A stretch of 64,000 bases of DNA from an uncultured Bacilli bacterium (lineage in GTDB: Bacteria; Bacillota_I; Bacilli_A; RF39; UBA660), in assembly GCA_947632205.1 (NCBI GenBank), contig CANROK010000001.1, positions 4,682-68,681 on the forward strand, written 5' to 3'. Position 1 is the first letter of the stretch, and each line of letters starts with the position of its first letter. The notes below the pieces were generated by a model. That model saw only the letters and a program-made list of their open reading frames with translations, did no database searches and was not told where the DNA came from. Made by a program: the position numbers and the translations under genes. Of the stretch, positions 51,772-62,074 are shown piece by piece.

Positions 51772-53043
51772 ATGGAAAATACAACACTTTTACCAGCTGA
51801 TCGTTATATTGTAGTAAATAAAAGTATTTTAACAGATAATGATCGTAATATAATCATTAATTTATATTCACCTTTAGTGGGATCACTCGCAGTTTCTTTG
51901 TATTTTACATTATGGAATGATCTGGGATTATATCAAATAATGAGTAAAGATTTAATTCATCATCATTTAATTACTTCTCTTAAATGTGGAATAGGTAATA
52001 TTAAAGTTGCAAGAGAGGCCTTAGAGGCATTTGGTCTACTTAAAACTTATGTTAAAAAAGGGGAAATAAATGATTATGTATATGAATTATATTCACCACT
52101 TACTCCACAAGAATTTTTTAATCATCCTATATTAAATATAGTTCTTTATAATAATTTAGGAGATAAAGAATATGAAAGATTAAAAGAATTATATAAATAT
52201 CCTAAATTTGATTTAAAAGAATTTGAAGAAATTACTAAAAAATTAGATGAAGTTTATGATACTTCAAGATTTAATTTATCGGAAGATTTAATTGATAAAA
52301 AGAGTAATAATATAACAGTATTAAATACTATTAATTTTGATGAAATTATTAGTAGTATTCCCAAAGAATTAATAAACGAAAGAGCATTTAATAAGAAGAT
52401 GCGAGAATTTATAAATAATTTGGCTTTTATATATAATATTGATACATTAAAAATGATTGAACTTATTAGAAGTGTATTAAATGAATATGGTAATATTGAT
52501 AAAAATGGTTTAAGAATAGTTGCTAGAAAAGATTATCAATTTAAAAAAGGTGGCCTTCCAACTTTAGTGTATCGTACTCAGCCAGAATATTTAAAAAATC
52601 CTTTAGGAGATAATTCCAAAAGAGGTAGATTAATTGCTGTCTTTGAAAATACAAGTCCTTATGATTTTTTAAAAAGAAAAAATGGAGGTATTAATCCTTC
52701 CCCTAAAGATTTAAAATTAATTGAACATTTGTGCTTAGATTTAGAACTTAATGCTGCCGTTGTTAATGTTTTAATAGATTATGTTCTTAGAATTAATAAT
52801 AATAAACTTACTACTAATTATGTGGAAACGATAGCTAGTCAATGGCAAAGAGCGGGATTAAAAACAGCAAAAGATGCAATGGAATTTGCTGAAAAAGAAT
52901 ATCATAAGAATAAGAAAAAAATAGGAAATACTAATAAAGTTGTGTCTCAAGTTCCAATATGGGTTGATAAGAAAATAGAAGAAGGAACAATGACTAAGGA
53001 AGAAGAAGAAGAGTTAAATGACTTATTGAAGGAGTTTAAGTAA
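51772..53043 (+). CDS. dnaB: replication initiation and membrane attachment protein (B. subtilis DnaB-type, DnaD-like domains)
   Basis: It has a C-terminal DDBH2-like region (NAAVVNVLIDYVLR...ETIASQWQRAGLKT). It is followed by dnaI, as in B. subtilis dnaB-dnaI. Confidence 0.65.
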   Translation: MENTTLLPADRYIVVNKSILTDNDRNIIINLYSPLVGSLAVSLYFTLWNDLGLYQIMSKDLIHHHLITSLKCGIGNIKVAREALEAFGLLKTYVKKGEINDYVYELYSPLTPQEFFNHPILNIVLYNNLGDKEYERLKELYKYPKFDLKEFEEITKKLDEVYDTSRFNLSEDLIDKKSNNITVLNTINFDEIISSIPKELINERAFNKKMREFINNLAFIYNIDTLKMIELIRSVLNEYGNIDKNGLRIVARKDYQFKKGGLPTLVYRTQPEYLKNPLGDNSKRGRLIAVFENTSPYDFLKRKNGGINPSPKDLKLIEHLCLDLELNAAVVNVLIDYVLRINNNKLTTNYVETIASQWQRAGLKTAKDAMEFAEKEYHKNKKKIGNTNKVVSQVPIWVDKKIEEGTMTKEEEEELNDLLKEFK

Positions 53044-53044
53044 A

Positions 53045-53965
53045 ATGAAATTAAAAAATGATAATAAAAATTTTAAATTGGAACAAGAAAAAGAATTTAG
53101 AGAAGCTCTTTTAGATGATGATTATAAGGCATTGGTAAAGAAATTAAAGATAACGGAAGAACAAGCATTTAAAAATACTTTAAAGTTAAAAGATACAATT
53201 GAAGAATTACATAATTGTAAAAATTGTAAAAATTTATATAATTGTCAAAACAAAATGCATGGGTATGTTTATTTTCCTTCAGTTAAAGAAAGTAATTTAA
53301 TTTTTACTTATACGCCATGTAAATATCAAAAACAAGCATTTAAAATGTTGGACCAAAGAAAAACTAATAATAATATTTTAGCAAGCGCTAAGATGAAAGA
53401 TATTAAGATAACGAAAAATAGAGCTGAGGTCATTAAATGGATAAAAGCATATTTTGATAAATATAATCCTTATGAATTTAGTAAAGGATTATATTTACAT
53501 GGTAATTTTGGAACAGGAAAAACTTATTTAATTGCTGCTTTATTTAATGAAATAAAAAATAGATATCAAGTTACTACGGAAATAGTATATGTACCAGAAT
53601 TATTAAGACATTTAAAAGAAAATTTAAATTCTGTTGGAGATATTATTTATAATTTAGAAAATGTAGATTTACTTTTATTTGATGATATAGGAGCTGAAAA
53701 AGTTACAGAATGGGGTAGAGATGAAATAATTGGTACTATTTTACAAACAAGAATGAATAAAGGAATGCCAACATTTTTTACATCAAATTTGAAAATAGAT
53801 GAACTTGAAAAAACATTAAGCTTAACAAAAGATGCAGAAGATGTTTTAAAGGCCAAAAGAATTATTGAAAGAATAAAATATCTAACTGAAGATATAGAGC
53901 TTTTAGGAAATAATTATCGTGAACAAAGTGAAAACAACGATTTAAATAAAGCAAAAGAAAAATAA
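53045..53965 (+). CDS. dnaI: primosomal helicase loader DnaI (AAA+)
   Basis: It has an N-terminal Cys-rich zinc module (CKNCKN..C), Walker A GNFGTGKTYL and Walker B LLLFDDIG. It starts 2 nt after the dnaB stop. Confidence 0.8.
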   Translation: MKLKNDNKNFKLEQEKEFREALLDDDYKALVKKLKITEEQAFKNTLKLKDTIEELHNCKNCKNLYNCQNKMHGYVYFPSVKESNLIFTYTPCKYQKQAFKMLDQRKTNNNILASAKMKDIKITKNRAEVIKWIKAYFDKYNPYEFSKGLYLHGNFGTGKTYLIAALFNEIKNRYQVTTEIVYVPELLRHLKENLNSVGDIIYNLENVDLLLFDDIGAEKVTEWGRDEIIGTILQTRMNKGMPTFFTSNLKIDELEKTLSLTKDAEDVLKAKRIIERIKYLTEDIELLGNNYREQSENNDLNKAKEK

Positions 53966-53977
53966 AACATTAGTTCG
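53964..53977. promoter_or_regulatory. possible degenerate LexA (Cheo/DinR) box AAAACATTAGTTCG upstream of the recA promoter
   Basis: It matches CGAAC-N4-GTTCG with one core mismatch (GAAC to AAAC), 7 nt upstream of the recA -35. Confidence 0.3.
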
Positions 53978-53984
53978 ATTTTTG

Positions 53985-54013
53985 TTGACATTATAAAATT
54001 TCTAAGGTAAAAT
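53985..54013 (+). promoter_or_regulatory. recA promoter TTGACA-17-TAAAAT
   Basis: It has a consensus -35, 17-nt spacing and a near-consensus -10. Confidence 0.55.
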
Positions 54014-54040
54014 GGAATTGTCAGAGAGTGAAGGAGATTT

Positions 54041-55078
54041 ATGAAAGCAAAAGATACAAAAGAAGTAAAAAATAGTGATAAAGCTCTAGAACAAGTTTTA
54101 AAAGATATTGAAAAACAATTTGGGGCTGGGGCTATTATGAAATTAGGAACTGATGAACATATAAAAATCGATGTTACAAGTAGTGGTTCAATTGCCTTAG
54201 ATATTGCTTTGGGAGTTGGTGGTTTTCCTAAGGGAAGAATTATTGAAATATATGGTCCTGAATCATCAGGTAAAACAACAATTGCTCTTCATGCGATAGC
54301 TGAAGTTCAAAAAGCTGGTGGTAGAGCGGCCTTCATTGATGCTGAGCATGCTCTTGATCCAGTATATGCTAAAAGTTTAGGAGTTGATATTAATGAACTT
54401 TTATTAAGTCAACCTGATACTGGTGAACAAGCTTTAGAAATTTGTGATGCTCTTGTTAAAAGTGAAGCAATAGATTTAGTAGTTATTGATTCAGTTGCGG
54501 CTTTAGTTCCTCAAGCTGAAATTGATGGTGAAATGGGAGATAGTCATGTTGGTCTTCAAGCAAGATTAATGTCTCAGGCCTTAAGAAAATTATCTGGAAC
54601 TCTAAATAAAACAAATACTACGGCTATCTTTATTAATCAATTGAGAGAAAAAGTTGGTGTAATGTTTGGAAATCCAGAAACAACACCAGGAGGAAGAGCA
54701 TTAAAATTTTATGCCACTATTCGTCTTGATATTAGAAGAGGCGAACAAATTAAGCAAGGTGAACAAGTCCTTGGAAATAGAACTAATATAAAAGTAGTAA
54801 AAAATAAAGTTGCACCACCATTTAAAACTGCTTGTGTAGATATAATGTATGGAGAAGGTATTTCCCATGAAGGTGAACTTGTTGATATAGGAAGCGAAAT
54901 TGATGTTATTGAAAAAACCGGAGCATGGTATGCTTATAAAGGTGAAAAAATAGGCCAAGGAAAAGAAAATGCTAAAGCTGTTTTAAGAGGAAACCCAGAT
55001 ATGGCTCAAGAAATTGAAGAAAAAATATATGAACACTACGGATTTAAAAAGGAAAATGCTTCTAAGGAAGAAAATTAA
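54041..55078 (+). CDS. recA: recombinase RecA
   Basis: Walker [10 protein letters not shown] and the L1/L2 loops are present, and the protein is highly conserved throughout. Confidence 0.95.
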   Translation: MKAKDTKEVKNSDKALEQVLKDIEKQFGAGAIMKLGTDEHIKIDVTSSGSIALDIALGVGGFPKGRIIEIYGPESSGKTTIALHAIAEVQKAGGRAAFIDAEHALDPVYAKSLGVDINELLLSQPDTGEQALEICDALVKSEAIDLVVIDSVAALVPQAEIDGEMGDSHVGLQARLMSQALRKLSGTLNKTNTTAIFINQLREKVGVMFGNPETTPGGRALKFYATIRLDIRRGEQIKQGEQVLGNRTNIKVVKNKVAPPFKTACVDIMYGEGISHEGELVDIGSEIDVIEKTGAWYAYKGEKIGQGKENAKAVLRGNPDMAQEIEEKIYEHYGFKKENASKEEN

Positions 55079-55189
55079 AATTTCTTCCTTTTTTTAAGCA
55101 ATAATTTCACTTGCTAAATAGAGTAAAGTTTATTATAATAAGATTGTAGATAATTAATTTTTATTTATAGAAAGAAATGGAGTGAGAGA

Positions 55190-56743
55190 ATGGAAAAAAT
55201 AGCCGTTCCAATCTTATTTCTATTTCTTGGTATTGTTATTGGAGCAATTATTTTAGTAGTTATAAATCATTTAAGAGGTGTAAGTGCTCAAAATAACGCT
55301 AATAAATTATTAGAAGAAGCTAAAAAAGAAGCTGAAAAACATAAAAGAGATGCTCTTTTAGAATTAAAAGAAGAATCATATAAATTAAAACAACAAACTA
55401 ACGATGAGATTAAAGAAAAGAAAAAAGAAATCAAAGATAGTGAAGATAGACTTATAGGTAGAGAAAATAATTTAGATAAAAGGGAAGAAATGTTACAAAA
55501 ACGTGATCTTGCCTTGGAAGAAAAAGAAAATAATTTGTTAGTTAAACAACAAAGTATACAAGAAAAAGAAGATAAGATTGAGAAAATATTAAAAGAAGAA
55601 TTATCAGAATTAGAAAAAATAAGTGGGTTAAGTAAAGAAAAAGCACATGATTTAATTATGGCTAAAGTTGAATCAGAGATGTCTTTAGAAATAGCTGAAT
55701 ATATTCGTGAAGAAGAAGAAAAAGCAAAAATAACAGCTAATGATAAAGCCAAACAATTAATTGTTAGTAGTATGGAAAGATATTCTGATGATGTAGTATC
55801 AGTTCAAACAGTAACAACAATTGATTTACCAAATGATGAAATGAAAGGAAGATTAATTGGTAGAGAAGGAAGAAATATTCGTACCTTTGAATCTGTTACG
55901 GGAGTAGATTTAATTATTGATGATACACCTGAAGCAATTGTTATTTCCTCATTTGATCCTTTAAGAAGAGAAATAGCTAAAGTTACAATTGAAACATTAA
56001 TTAAAGATGGTAGAATTCATCCAAGTAGAATTGAAGAAGTTTATGAAAAAACTTGTAAAGATGTATATAGTAGAATTACAGAAATAGGTAATAATGCTAT
56101 TACTGATTTAGGTATTACTAAAATGGATAGTGAACTAATTAATTTAGTTGGTAAACTTAATTTTCGAACAAGTTATGGTCAAAATGCTTTAAAACATTCA
56201 ATTGAAGTAGCTAATTTATGTGGTTTAATGGCTGCTGAAATAGGGGAAAATGTTACCCTTGCTAAAAGAGCTGGATTACTTCATGATATAGGCAAAGCTA
56301 TTGATTTTGAAATTGAAGGAAGCCATGTTGAAGTTGGAGAACAAATTGCTAAAAAGTACCATGAAAGTGATACCGTAATTGATGCAATTGTATCTCATCA
56401 TGGTGATGTAGAACCAAAGTCAGTTATAGCTGTATTAGTATCTATTGCTGATACATTATCGGCTGCAAGACCAGGGGCTAGAAATGATTCACTTGAAAAT
56501 TATATTAAACGTCTTGAACAACTTGAAGAAATAGGTAATTCATTTGAAGGTGTTGAAAAAGCTTATGCAATGCAAGCTGGAAGAGAAATAAGAGTTATGG
56601 TAAAACCAAATGAAATAGATGATTTAACTAGTTATAAACTAGCCAGGGAAATGAAGGATAAAATTGAAGCAGAAATGCAATATCCTGGAACTATAAAAAT
56701 AACAGTTATAAGAGAAACAAGAGCTCAAGAAGAAGCTAAATAA
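55190..56743 (+). CDS. rny: ribonuclease Y
   Basis: It has an N-terminal TM helix, a coiled coil, a KH domain and an HD domain (HSIEVANL, LLHDIGK). It lies downstream of recA, as in B. subtilis. Confidence 0.9.
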   Translation: MEKIAVPILFLFLGIVIGAIILVVINHLRGVSAQNNANKLLEEAKKEAEKHKRDALLELKEESYKLKQQTNDEIKEKKKEIKDSEDRLIGRENNLDKREEMLQKRDLALEEKENNLLVKQQSIQEKEDKIEKILKEELSELEKISGLSKEKAHDLIMAKVESEMSLEIAEYIREEEEKAKITANDKAKQLIVSSMERYSDDVVSVQTVTTIDLPNDEMKGRLIGREGRNIRTFESVTGVDLIIDDTPEAIVISSFDPLRREIAKVTIETLIKDGRIHPSRIEEVYEKTCKDVYSRITEIGNNAITDLGITKMDSELINLVGKLNFRTSYGQNALKHSIEVANLCGLMAAEIGENVTLAKRAGLLHDIGKAIDFEIEGSHVEVGEQIAKKYHESDTVIDAIVSHHGDVEPKSVIAVLVSIADTLSAARPGARNDSLENYIKRLEQLEEIGNSFEGVEKAYAMQAGREIRVMVKPNEIDDLTSYKLAREMKDKIEAEMQYPGTIKITVIRETRAQEEAK

Positions 56744-56798
56744 TGCTTCTTCTTTTTATGAAAATAAAATCGAAAGGGTGAAAAAAGGGGGGTGAAAT

Positions 56799-56827
56799 TT
56801 GACATTTTTTTACAAATATGCTATACT
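56799..56827 (+). promoter_or_regulatory. promoter TTGACA-17-TATACT
   Basis: It has a consensus -35 with 17-nt spacing, preceded by an A-tract/G6 region. Confidence 0.55.
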
Positions 56828-56833
56828 TGTAGC

Positions 56834-56905
56834 AGTTGATGAGCAATGGGGGTTGCGGAAAAATAGTGTTGATACTGTAATCTCGTTCTCAAAAACGAGT
56901 TTTTT
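56834..56905 (+). ncRNA. candidate ~72-nt small RNA or regulatory leader ending in an intrinsic terminator (ctcgtt-ctcaaa-aacgag + T6)
   Basis: It is bounded by the promoter above and a clean terminator at 56881..56905. Internal hairpin GCAA-UGGGGG-UUGC and a GTTGAT direct repeat are present. The downstream gene has its own RBS 25 nt after the T-run. Confidence 0.35.
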
Positions 56906-56930
56906 ATTGAATTGAAAGGGGAAATAAAAA

Positions 56931-57464
56931 ATGAAGAACAAAATAATATCTTCAATTATAGCTTCAGTAGTAGCCATTACAACAATAACAAGTGTAGCAT
57001 GTACAACTTTAAATAATCAAGATAATTTTCAAGTAATATCAAATTCAAATATGGTTTTATATGATGATAATATGGATTATATAAGTACTATTAATGATTA
57101 TATAACTAATGACAAAGAATTAAGTGATATGGAGTATAAAAAAGCCGTATATATGTATTTATATAATACAAATGTATCAATGGATGAATATAAGAGTGAA
57201 TTACATACATTACTTTTATGTAGTATTAATCCAAGTTGTGTTGATAATTTTGATACTTTGTTTGTTAATTTAATTAATGCTTTAAATAATAAAAATTTAA
57301 ATGTTCAAGTTAGAGAAGAATTATCTCGTGTTTATCTACCATTAGCGGCATATTTTCATGAGTTAGAATGTAATGATCCAAGTCATCTTAAAAATTATAA
57401 TCCGGATATTAATGTTTATGAATGTGATACATTAAAAGAAGAATATAGAAAGAGAAGCAGATAA
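56931..57464 (+). CDS. secreted Cys-containing hypothetical protein (signal peptide)
   Basis: It has an N-terminal signal sequence MKNKIISSIIASVVAITTITSVA and RBS AAAGGGGAAA. Confidence 0.5.
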   Translation: MKNKIISSIIASVVAITTITSVACTTLNNQDNFQVISNSNMVLYDDNMDYISTINDYITNDKELSDMEYKKAVYMYLYNTNVSMDEYKSELHTLLLCSINPSCVDNFDTLFVNLINALNNKNLNVQVREELSRVYLPLAAYFHELECNDPSHLKNYNPDINVYECDTLKEEYRKRSR

Positions 57465-57478
57465 TTTGCTTCTCTTTT

Positions 57479-58282
57479 TTAACGAAAATAAATAAATATA
57501 AAAGCTGCTAAACATAAACAATAAATTGAAAACTTCCATAATTTACCATTTTTAACAATATTACTTAACCATTGGTAAGAGAAAAAGGTAATTATTAATG
57601 AAGCTAACATACCTAAGAAATAAGGCATTAATAATGTATTATCTATATTCATTAAATCTGGTACTTTTAATAACATTGTTCCCACACTTACAGGGAAATA
57701 TAACATAAATGTATATTTTAAAGCATCATCTCTTTTTAATTTACATAGAAGACATGCAACTAAAACAGTACCACTTCTACTTATACCAGGAATAATTGTA
57801 ATGCATTCAAATAATCCAATAATTATAGCATCTTTAAAAGTTATATCTTTACTATCTTTATTACCTTTAATATTACGAACTATAAAAAGCATTAAAGAAG
57901 TAAATAAAAATGTAAAACCAAGAATGATTAAAGAATTAAATCTTGCTTCTAAATAATCACCCAGTAGGATTCCCGTTATTCCAACAGGAATAGTACTGAT
58001 AATCATTTTTATAACATACATAAAACTATCTTTGTATTTTTTCTTATCTTTAAAAATAAAACCAAAGAATCCCTTTATTAAATCTATAATATCTTTTCGA
58101 AAAATAAATAAGATGGCTAAAAATGATCCAAAATTAGATATAATTTCAAAAGTAAAGCCATCAAAAAAATTAGGATTACTAAATAAATTTTTAAATAAAA
58201 AGATATGACCACTACTAGAAATAGGAAGTGGTTCTGTAATTCCTTGAATAATTCCTAATATTAGATATTTAATATAATTCAT
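57479..58282 (-). CDS. uppP: undecaprenyl-diphosphate phosphatase
   Basis: It has the BacA/UppP motifs GITEPLPISSSGH and PGISRSG. The track start is a GTG; the start is placed at the ATG (MNYIKY) after AGGTGA. Confidence 0.85.
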   Translation of the reverse strand: MNYIKYLILGIIQGITEPLPISSSGHIFLFKNLFSNPNFFDGFTFEIISNFGSFLAILFIFRKDIIDLIKGFFGFIFKDKKKYKDSFMYVIKMIISTIPVGITGILLGDYLEARFNSLIILGFTFLFTSLMLFIVRNIKGNKDSKDITFKDAIIIGLFECITIIPGISRSGTVLVACLLCKLKRDDALKYTFMLYFPVSVGTMLLKVPDLMNIDNTLLMPYFLGMLASLIITFFSYQWLSNIVKNGKLWKFSIYCLCLAAFIFIYFR

Positions 58283-58345
58283 TGTACTCACCTATTTAAT
58301 TATATAATATTTTTTTTAAAATAGAAATAAAATATAGAGATAGTT

Positions 58346-58543
58346 ATGTTAAATTGTTGTTTATTTTTATTAGGATTATTTTTAATGACTATAGGACTAT
58401 TTTTTATAATTTTATATTTAAATTTGTTAGTTATAGGGTATAGTTTTTTTGATTTTGTTTATTTTATTATTAGAAGTATTAATTGTGATTTATTCTTTAT
58501 TGGCTTTTTTATAATATTGTTTTTGTTAGAAAGGAAAAAATAA
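58346..58543 (+). CDS. possible small hydrophobic membrane peptide (65 aa)
   Basis: The stop abuts the next gene's start (TAATAATG), which suggests translational coupling. The RBS is weak and the protein is purely hydrophobic, so it could be spurious. Confidence 0.25.
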   Translation: MLNCCLFLLGLFLMTIGLFFIILYLNLLVIGYSFFDFVYFIIRSINCDLFFIGFFIILFLLERKK

Positions 58544-58545
58544 TA

Positions 58546-59178
58546 ATGGATTATTATTATGATATTTTATTAAATTTTGATGAATATTATTTTAAATTTT
58601 ATGAATGGGATAAAGATGATACTATTGAAGATGTTAAAAAAATTCCTATTAAACATATAGATAGTAATACGATGTTTGATTTATTAGTAAATAAAATAAA
58701 AGTAGATAAGGCATTTATCGAAGGTATTAAAAATAAAACTAAATTAAAAGATAATAAAGTATTAAAATATGCTTGTATTTTTAGTGATAGTAAGAATGCT
58801 TTAGCAATTGAATTTAATGAGAATGGAGAAAGTATTAATAAAAGTAGTTTATTATTAGAAGATGAAATTAATATCAATGAGTTTATGTTTAATATAAATT
58901 TAACAGAAATAAAATATGATATTTTAGAAAAAGATATAATTTATAATGAATTAAGACAAGATCGAAAAATAAAAAGATTAATAAAAATAGAGATTGATAA
59001 CTTATATAAAAAACATAATGATAGTAAACTTAAATATCTTTATTTAGAATGGTTTAATAAATTAGAAGATGAAAGAGATATTATGTATAAACAAATGCTT
59101 AATAAATTAAATGATAATTTAACTAAAAAAGAATATGATATCTATGAATTAATAAAAATATCTTACAATAATGTATAA
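58546..59178 (+). CDS. hypothetical protein
   Basis: It is an ORF of 210 aa with no recognised domain. Confidence 0.45.
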   Translation: MDYYYDILLNFDEYYFKFYEWDKDDTIEDVKKIPIKHIDSNTMFDLLVNKIKVDKAFIEGIKNKTKLKDNKVLKYACIFSDSKNALAIEFNENGESINKSSLLLEDEININEFMFNINLTEIKYDILEKDIIYNELRQDRKIKRLIKIEIDNLYKKHNDSKLKYLYLEWFNKLEDERDIMYKQMLNKLNDNLTKKEYDIYELIKISYNNV

Positions 59179-59216
59179 ATAAGAAAATATGTTAAATAAT
59201 ACTAATAGGTGAAGAT

Positions 59217-59762
59217 ATGAAAAAATTATTGTCATTAATATTTATTTTAATTATTTTAAGTGGTTGTGGAAATAATACTGCTAAAGGTGCAGTAGAAAGT
59301 TATTTAAAAAAATATAAAACTTTAGATAGTGAAGTATTAGTTGATTTAGAAAATGTTGTTGAAAAAGAAAATTTAAGTGAAGATGCTAAAGATAAGTATC
59401 GTGATGTTTTAAAAAAACAATATAAAGATTTAGCATATGAAATATTAGATGAAAAGTATGAAGGGGATATTAGTTATGTAACTGTTAAAATAAAAGTTTA
59501 TGATTTATATCAAGCCCAAGTAGATGCCAAAAATTATTTAGATAATAATCCTGGAGAATTTATAAAAGATGGAGTGTATGATGAAGAAAAATATACATTG
59601 TATAAATTAGATAAAATGCAAGATACTACTAATAAAATTGAATATACAATAACTTTTACAGTTTCTAAGGATAAAGACGATGATAATAAATATTTAATAG
59701 TGCAACCAACAGAAAGTGATTTATTAAAAATACATGGTATATACAATTATGAATTAGATTAA
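59217..59762 (+). CDS. lipoprotein of unknown function
   Basis: It has a MKKLLSLIFILIILSGC lipobox and RBS AGGTGAAG. Confidence 0.6.
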   Translation: MKKLLSLIFILIILSGCGNNTAKGAVESYLKKYKTLDSEVLVDLENVVEKENLSEDAKDKYRDVLKKQYKDLAYEILDEKYEGDISYVTVKIKVYDLYQAQVDAKNYLDNNPGEFIKDGVYDEEKYTLYKLDKMQDTTNKIEYTITFTVSKDKDDDNKYLIVQPTESDLLKIHGIYNYELD

Positions 59763-59790
59763 AAGCGAAGATTTTATTTCTTCGCTTTTG
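59761..59790. terminator. bidirectional terminator agcgaaga/tcttcgct
   Basis: An 8-bp stem flanked by A-rich and T-rich tracts sits between convergent genes. Confidence 0.6.
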
Positions 59791-60178
59791 TATTTTTACT
59801 TTTTTTAGTACTAGTAGATGATTTAGTATTTTTAGGATTATTTTTTTGATAAGAAATATTGTTTTTATAGTTTCTTGGTTTATGATTTGGTTTCTTTTTT
59901 GTATTATTAGGTCTTTTAGTACTTCTTTTCTTAACTTTTGGTTTTTCTTCTTTAATAATTTCCTTTTCCTTTTTATCATTAGTTGGTTTTTTCTTTTCTG
60001 CTTTTTTCTCCTTTGACTTTTTAATTGTTTTCTTTTTATCTTCTATTTTCTCATTATTATTTTTTTTATCTAATATGTATTCTACTGAAAAGATTATTAT
60101 AAATGAAATTAAAAAGAAAAAATAAGCAGAAATAAGTATAATAAAAAATATATCAACATTATCAAAATTCTTGTTCAT
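59774..60178 (-). CDS. membrane-anchored protein with extremely lysine-rich basic tail
   Basis: It has an N-terminal TM helix followed by a K/E/T/N-rich tail (KKKPTNDKKEKE..., KKKPNHKPRNYKNN). RBS AAAGGGATGA is present. Confidence 0.45.
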   Translation of the reverse strand: MNKNFDNVDIFFIILISAYFFFLISFIIIFSVEYILDKKNNNEKIEDKKKTIKKSKEKKAEKKKPTNDKKEKEIIKEEKPKVKKRSTKRPNNTKKKPNHKPRNYKNNISYQKNNPKNTKSSTSTKKSKNTKAKK

Positions 60179-60326
60179 TTAAATCATCCCTTTCTCAATA
60201 TTATATTATAAGATACTTAAAAATAATAGATAAAAAATGTCAAATAGGCACTAAAATTTGACATTTTTGGGGATAATATACAAAATTTAACTTTTATGTG
60301 ATAAAATTAAGTAGAGAGTAGGCATT

Positions 60327-62060
60327 ATGAAGAATAAATTATTAATTAAATTTTTTTTATTTTTTCTATTATTCATATTTAATATGAATATTTGCCATGC
60401 GACAATTTATCGTGCTAAACTTGTGGGAAATGATGTTAATTTAAGAAGTGGACCAGGTACTAATTATTCTTCTCTTAAAACATTAAGTAAAGATTCAGAG
60501 TATACAATGGTTAATGATACTCTTTATCCTGATGAAGGTGGCTGTGGTAATGGTTGGTATAAAATTTATTATGAAGCCAGTGCTACAGGTTATATCTGTA
60601 GTAATTATATTACAGTTTCAACTTTAGTTTTTAAAGAAGAAGCCACTACTGAGTGTGAAATGGCTTTAAAAGAAGCTGGTTTTCCGGCATCTTATTGGCC
60701 TGGCTTATGTAATTTAAAAGAAATGCATCCTACATGGGAATTTAGCCCTGTTTTTACTGGTTTAGATTGGAGTAATGCTGTTGATTCGGAAAGTGAATGT
60801 GGAATAAGTTATATAGCTAGTAGTATTCCTACTAATATAGATAATACTTGTAAAAATCCCTATACTAAAACATGGTATCCAGCATCTTCAACCGCGGTTG
60901 CTTATTATATGGATCCTCGAAATTGGTTTTCAGAAAATACGATTTTTCAATTTGAATATTTAAGATATAGTGATTTACTCAAAGATAAATATATTGATGC
61001 TACTTCTAATATTCTTAAAAATGCTGAATTTTATAAATATCATTTAAATATTGGTAATAATCTTGGTGAAATTATTAATGAAGCGGGATTAAAGGCAAAT
61101 ATAAGTCCTATTTTTGTTGGTGGAAGAATACTACAAGAACTGGGAAATGCCACTTCTTTATATAATCTTTATAGTGGTGTTTATGAAGAAAGTGAAGGAC
61201 AATTTAAAGGATATTATAATTTTTATAATTTTGGAGTAACAGATAGTTGTGCCACTAGTAGGGGTACAACTATATGTGGACTTGAATATGCAAAGAAAAA
61301 TAATTGGAATAGCGTTTATGATGCTATATATGGAGGAGCTAATCAAATTGCATCATCATATATCGCTGTTGGTCAATATAATGGTTATTTACAAAAATTT
61401 AATGTTGTACCTACTCAAGCATCAAAACTATATGGTCATCAATATATGACTAACATTGCTGCTCCATCAAGTGAAGCTAAGACTACATATAATTCATATA
61501 AAAATTTAGGAGTTTTAGAAAGTGCTTTTGTTTTTTATATACCAATTTATAATAATATGGATGATTCTTTTTATACAGAAGGTAATGGGGCAGTTGATAC
61601 ACCAGATGATAATGAAAAATCAACATTAGATATTAATACTATAATTGTAAGTAGTGGTTATAAATATCAAAGTGGAACTATTTCCGGTATTGCTCAAAAT
61701 ACAGATATTAAAACAGTAAAGAGTAATTTAGAAAGTATTGCGGGAGCTGGTAATGTTTTGATTAAAACTAAAGATGATCAATTAGTAACTGATGGTTTAA
61801 TTGGAACAGGATTTAAAATAACTATTAAAAATCAAACTTTAGAAGAAACTTTAATGGTGGTAATACATGGTGATACTTCAGGAGATGGAATAGTAAATGC
61901 CCTAGATTTATTACAAGTTCAAAAAAATATTTTAGGCACTTATACATTAAATGATGTTTATCTAAATGCGGGTGATACTTCGAAAGATGGAATAGTAAAT
62001 GCCCTAGATTTATTACAAATTCAAAAAAGTATATTAGGAACATATACAATTGAATATTAG
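60327..62060 (+). CDS. secreted cell-wall hydrolase-like protein: signal peptide, SH3b-like domain, glucosaminidase (GH73)-like domain, C-terminal dockerin (2 repeats)
   Basis: It has a signal peptide and an SH3_3-like region (YRAKLVGNDVNLRSGPGT...GWYKIYY). A glucosaminidase-like block follows (ILQELGN...YNFYNFGV...YAKKNNW..YLQKFN). Two dockerin repeats follow, GDTSGDGIVNALDLLQVQKNILG and GDTSKDGIVNALDLLQIQKSILG (Ca-binding D-x-S-x-D-G-x-V-N-x-x-D). Confidence 0.6.
   Translation: MKNKLLIKFFLFFLLFIFNMNICHATIYRAKLVGNDVNLRSGPGTNYSSLKTLSKDSEYTMVNDTLYPDEGGCGNGWYKIYYEASATGYICSNYITVSTLVFKEEATTECEMALKEAGFPASYWPGLCNLKEMHPTWEFSPVFTGLDWSNAVDSESECGISYIASSIPTNIDNTCKNPYTKTWYPASSTAVAYYMDPRNWFSENTIFQFEYLRYSDLLKDKYIDATSNILKNAEFYKYHLNIGNNLGEIINEAGLKANISPIFVGGRILQELGNATSLYNLYSGVYEESEGQFKGYYNFYNFGVTDSCATSRGTTICGLEYAKKNNWNSVYDAIYGGANQIASSYIAVGQYNGYLQKFNVVPTQASKLYGHQYMTNIAAPSSEAKTTYNSYKNLGVLESAFVFYIPIYNNMDDSFYTEGNGAVDTPDDNEKSTLDINTIIVSSGYKYQSGTISGIAQNTDIKTVKSNLESIAGAGNVLIKTKDDQLVTDGLIGTGFKITIKNQTLEETLMVVIHGDTSGDGIVNALDLLQVQKNILGTYTLNDVYLNAGDTSKDGIVNALDLLQIQKSILGTYTIEY
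61869..62052 (+). repeat. tandem duplication (period ~102 nt) encoding the two dockerin calcium-binding segments
   Basis: The stretch ggtgatacttc..gatggaatagtaaatgccctagatttattacaa is repeated with a few substitutions. Confidence 0.8.
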
Positions 62061-62074
62061 AAGGAGGATAAATA

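Noticed and set aside
55288-55752. 154-aa minus-strand ORF inside rny
   Set aside because: It is antisense to a well-supported RNase Y coiled-coil region. The serine/leucine-rich translation is typical of reverse-frame K/E-rich coding sequence.
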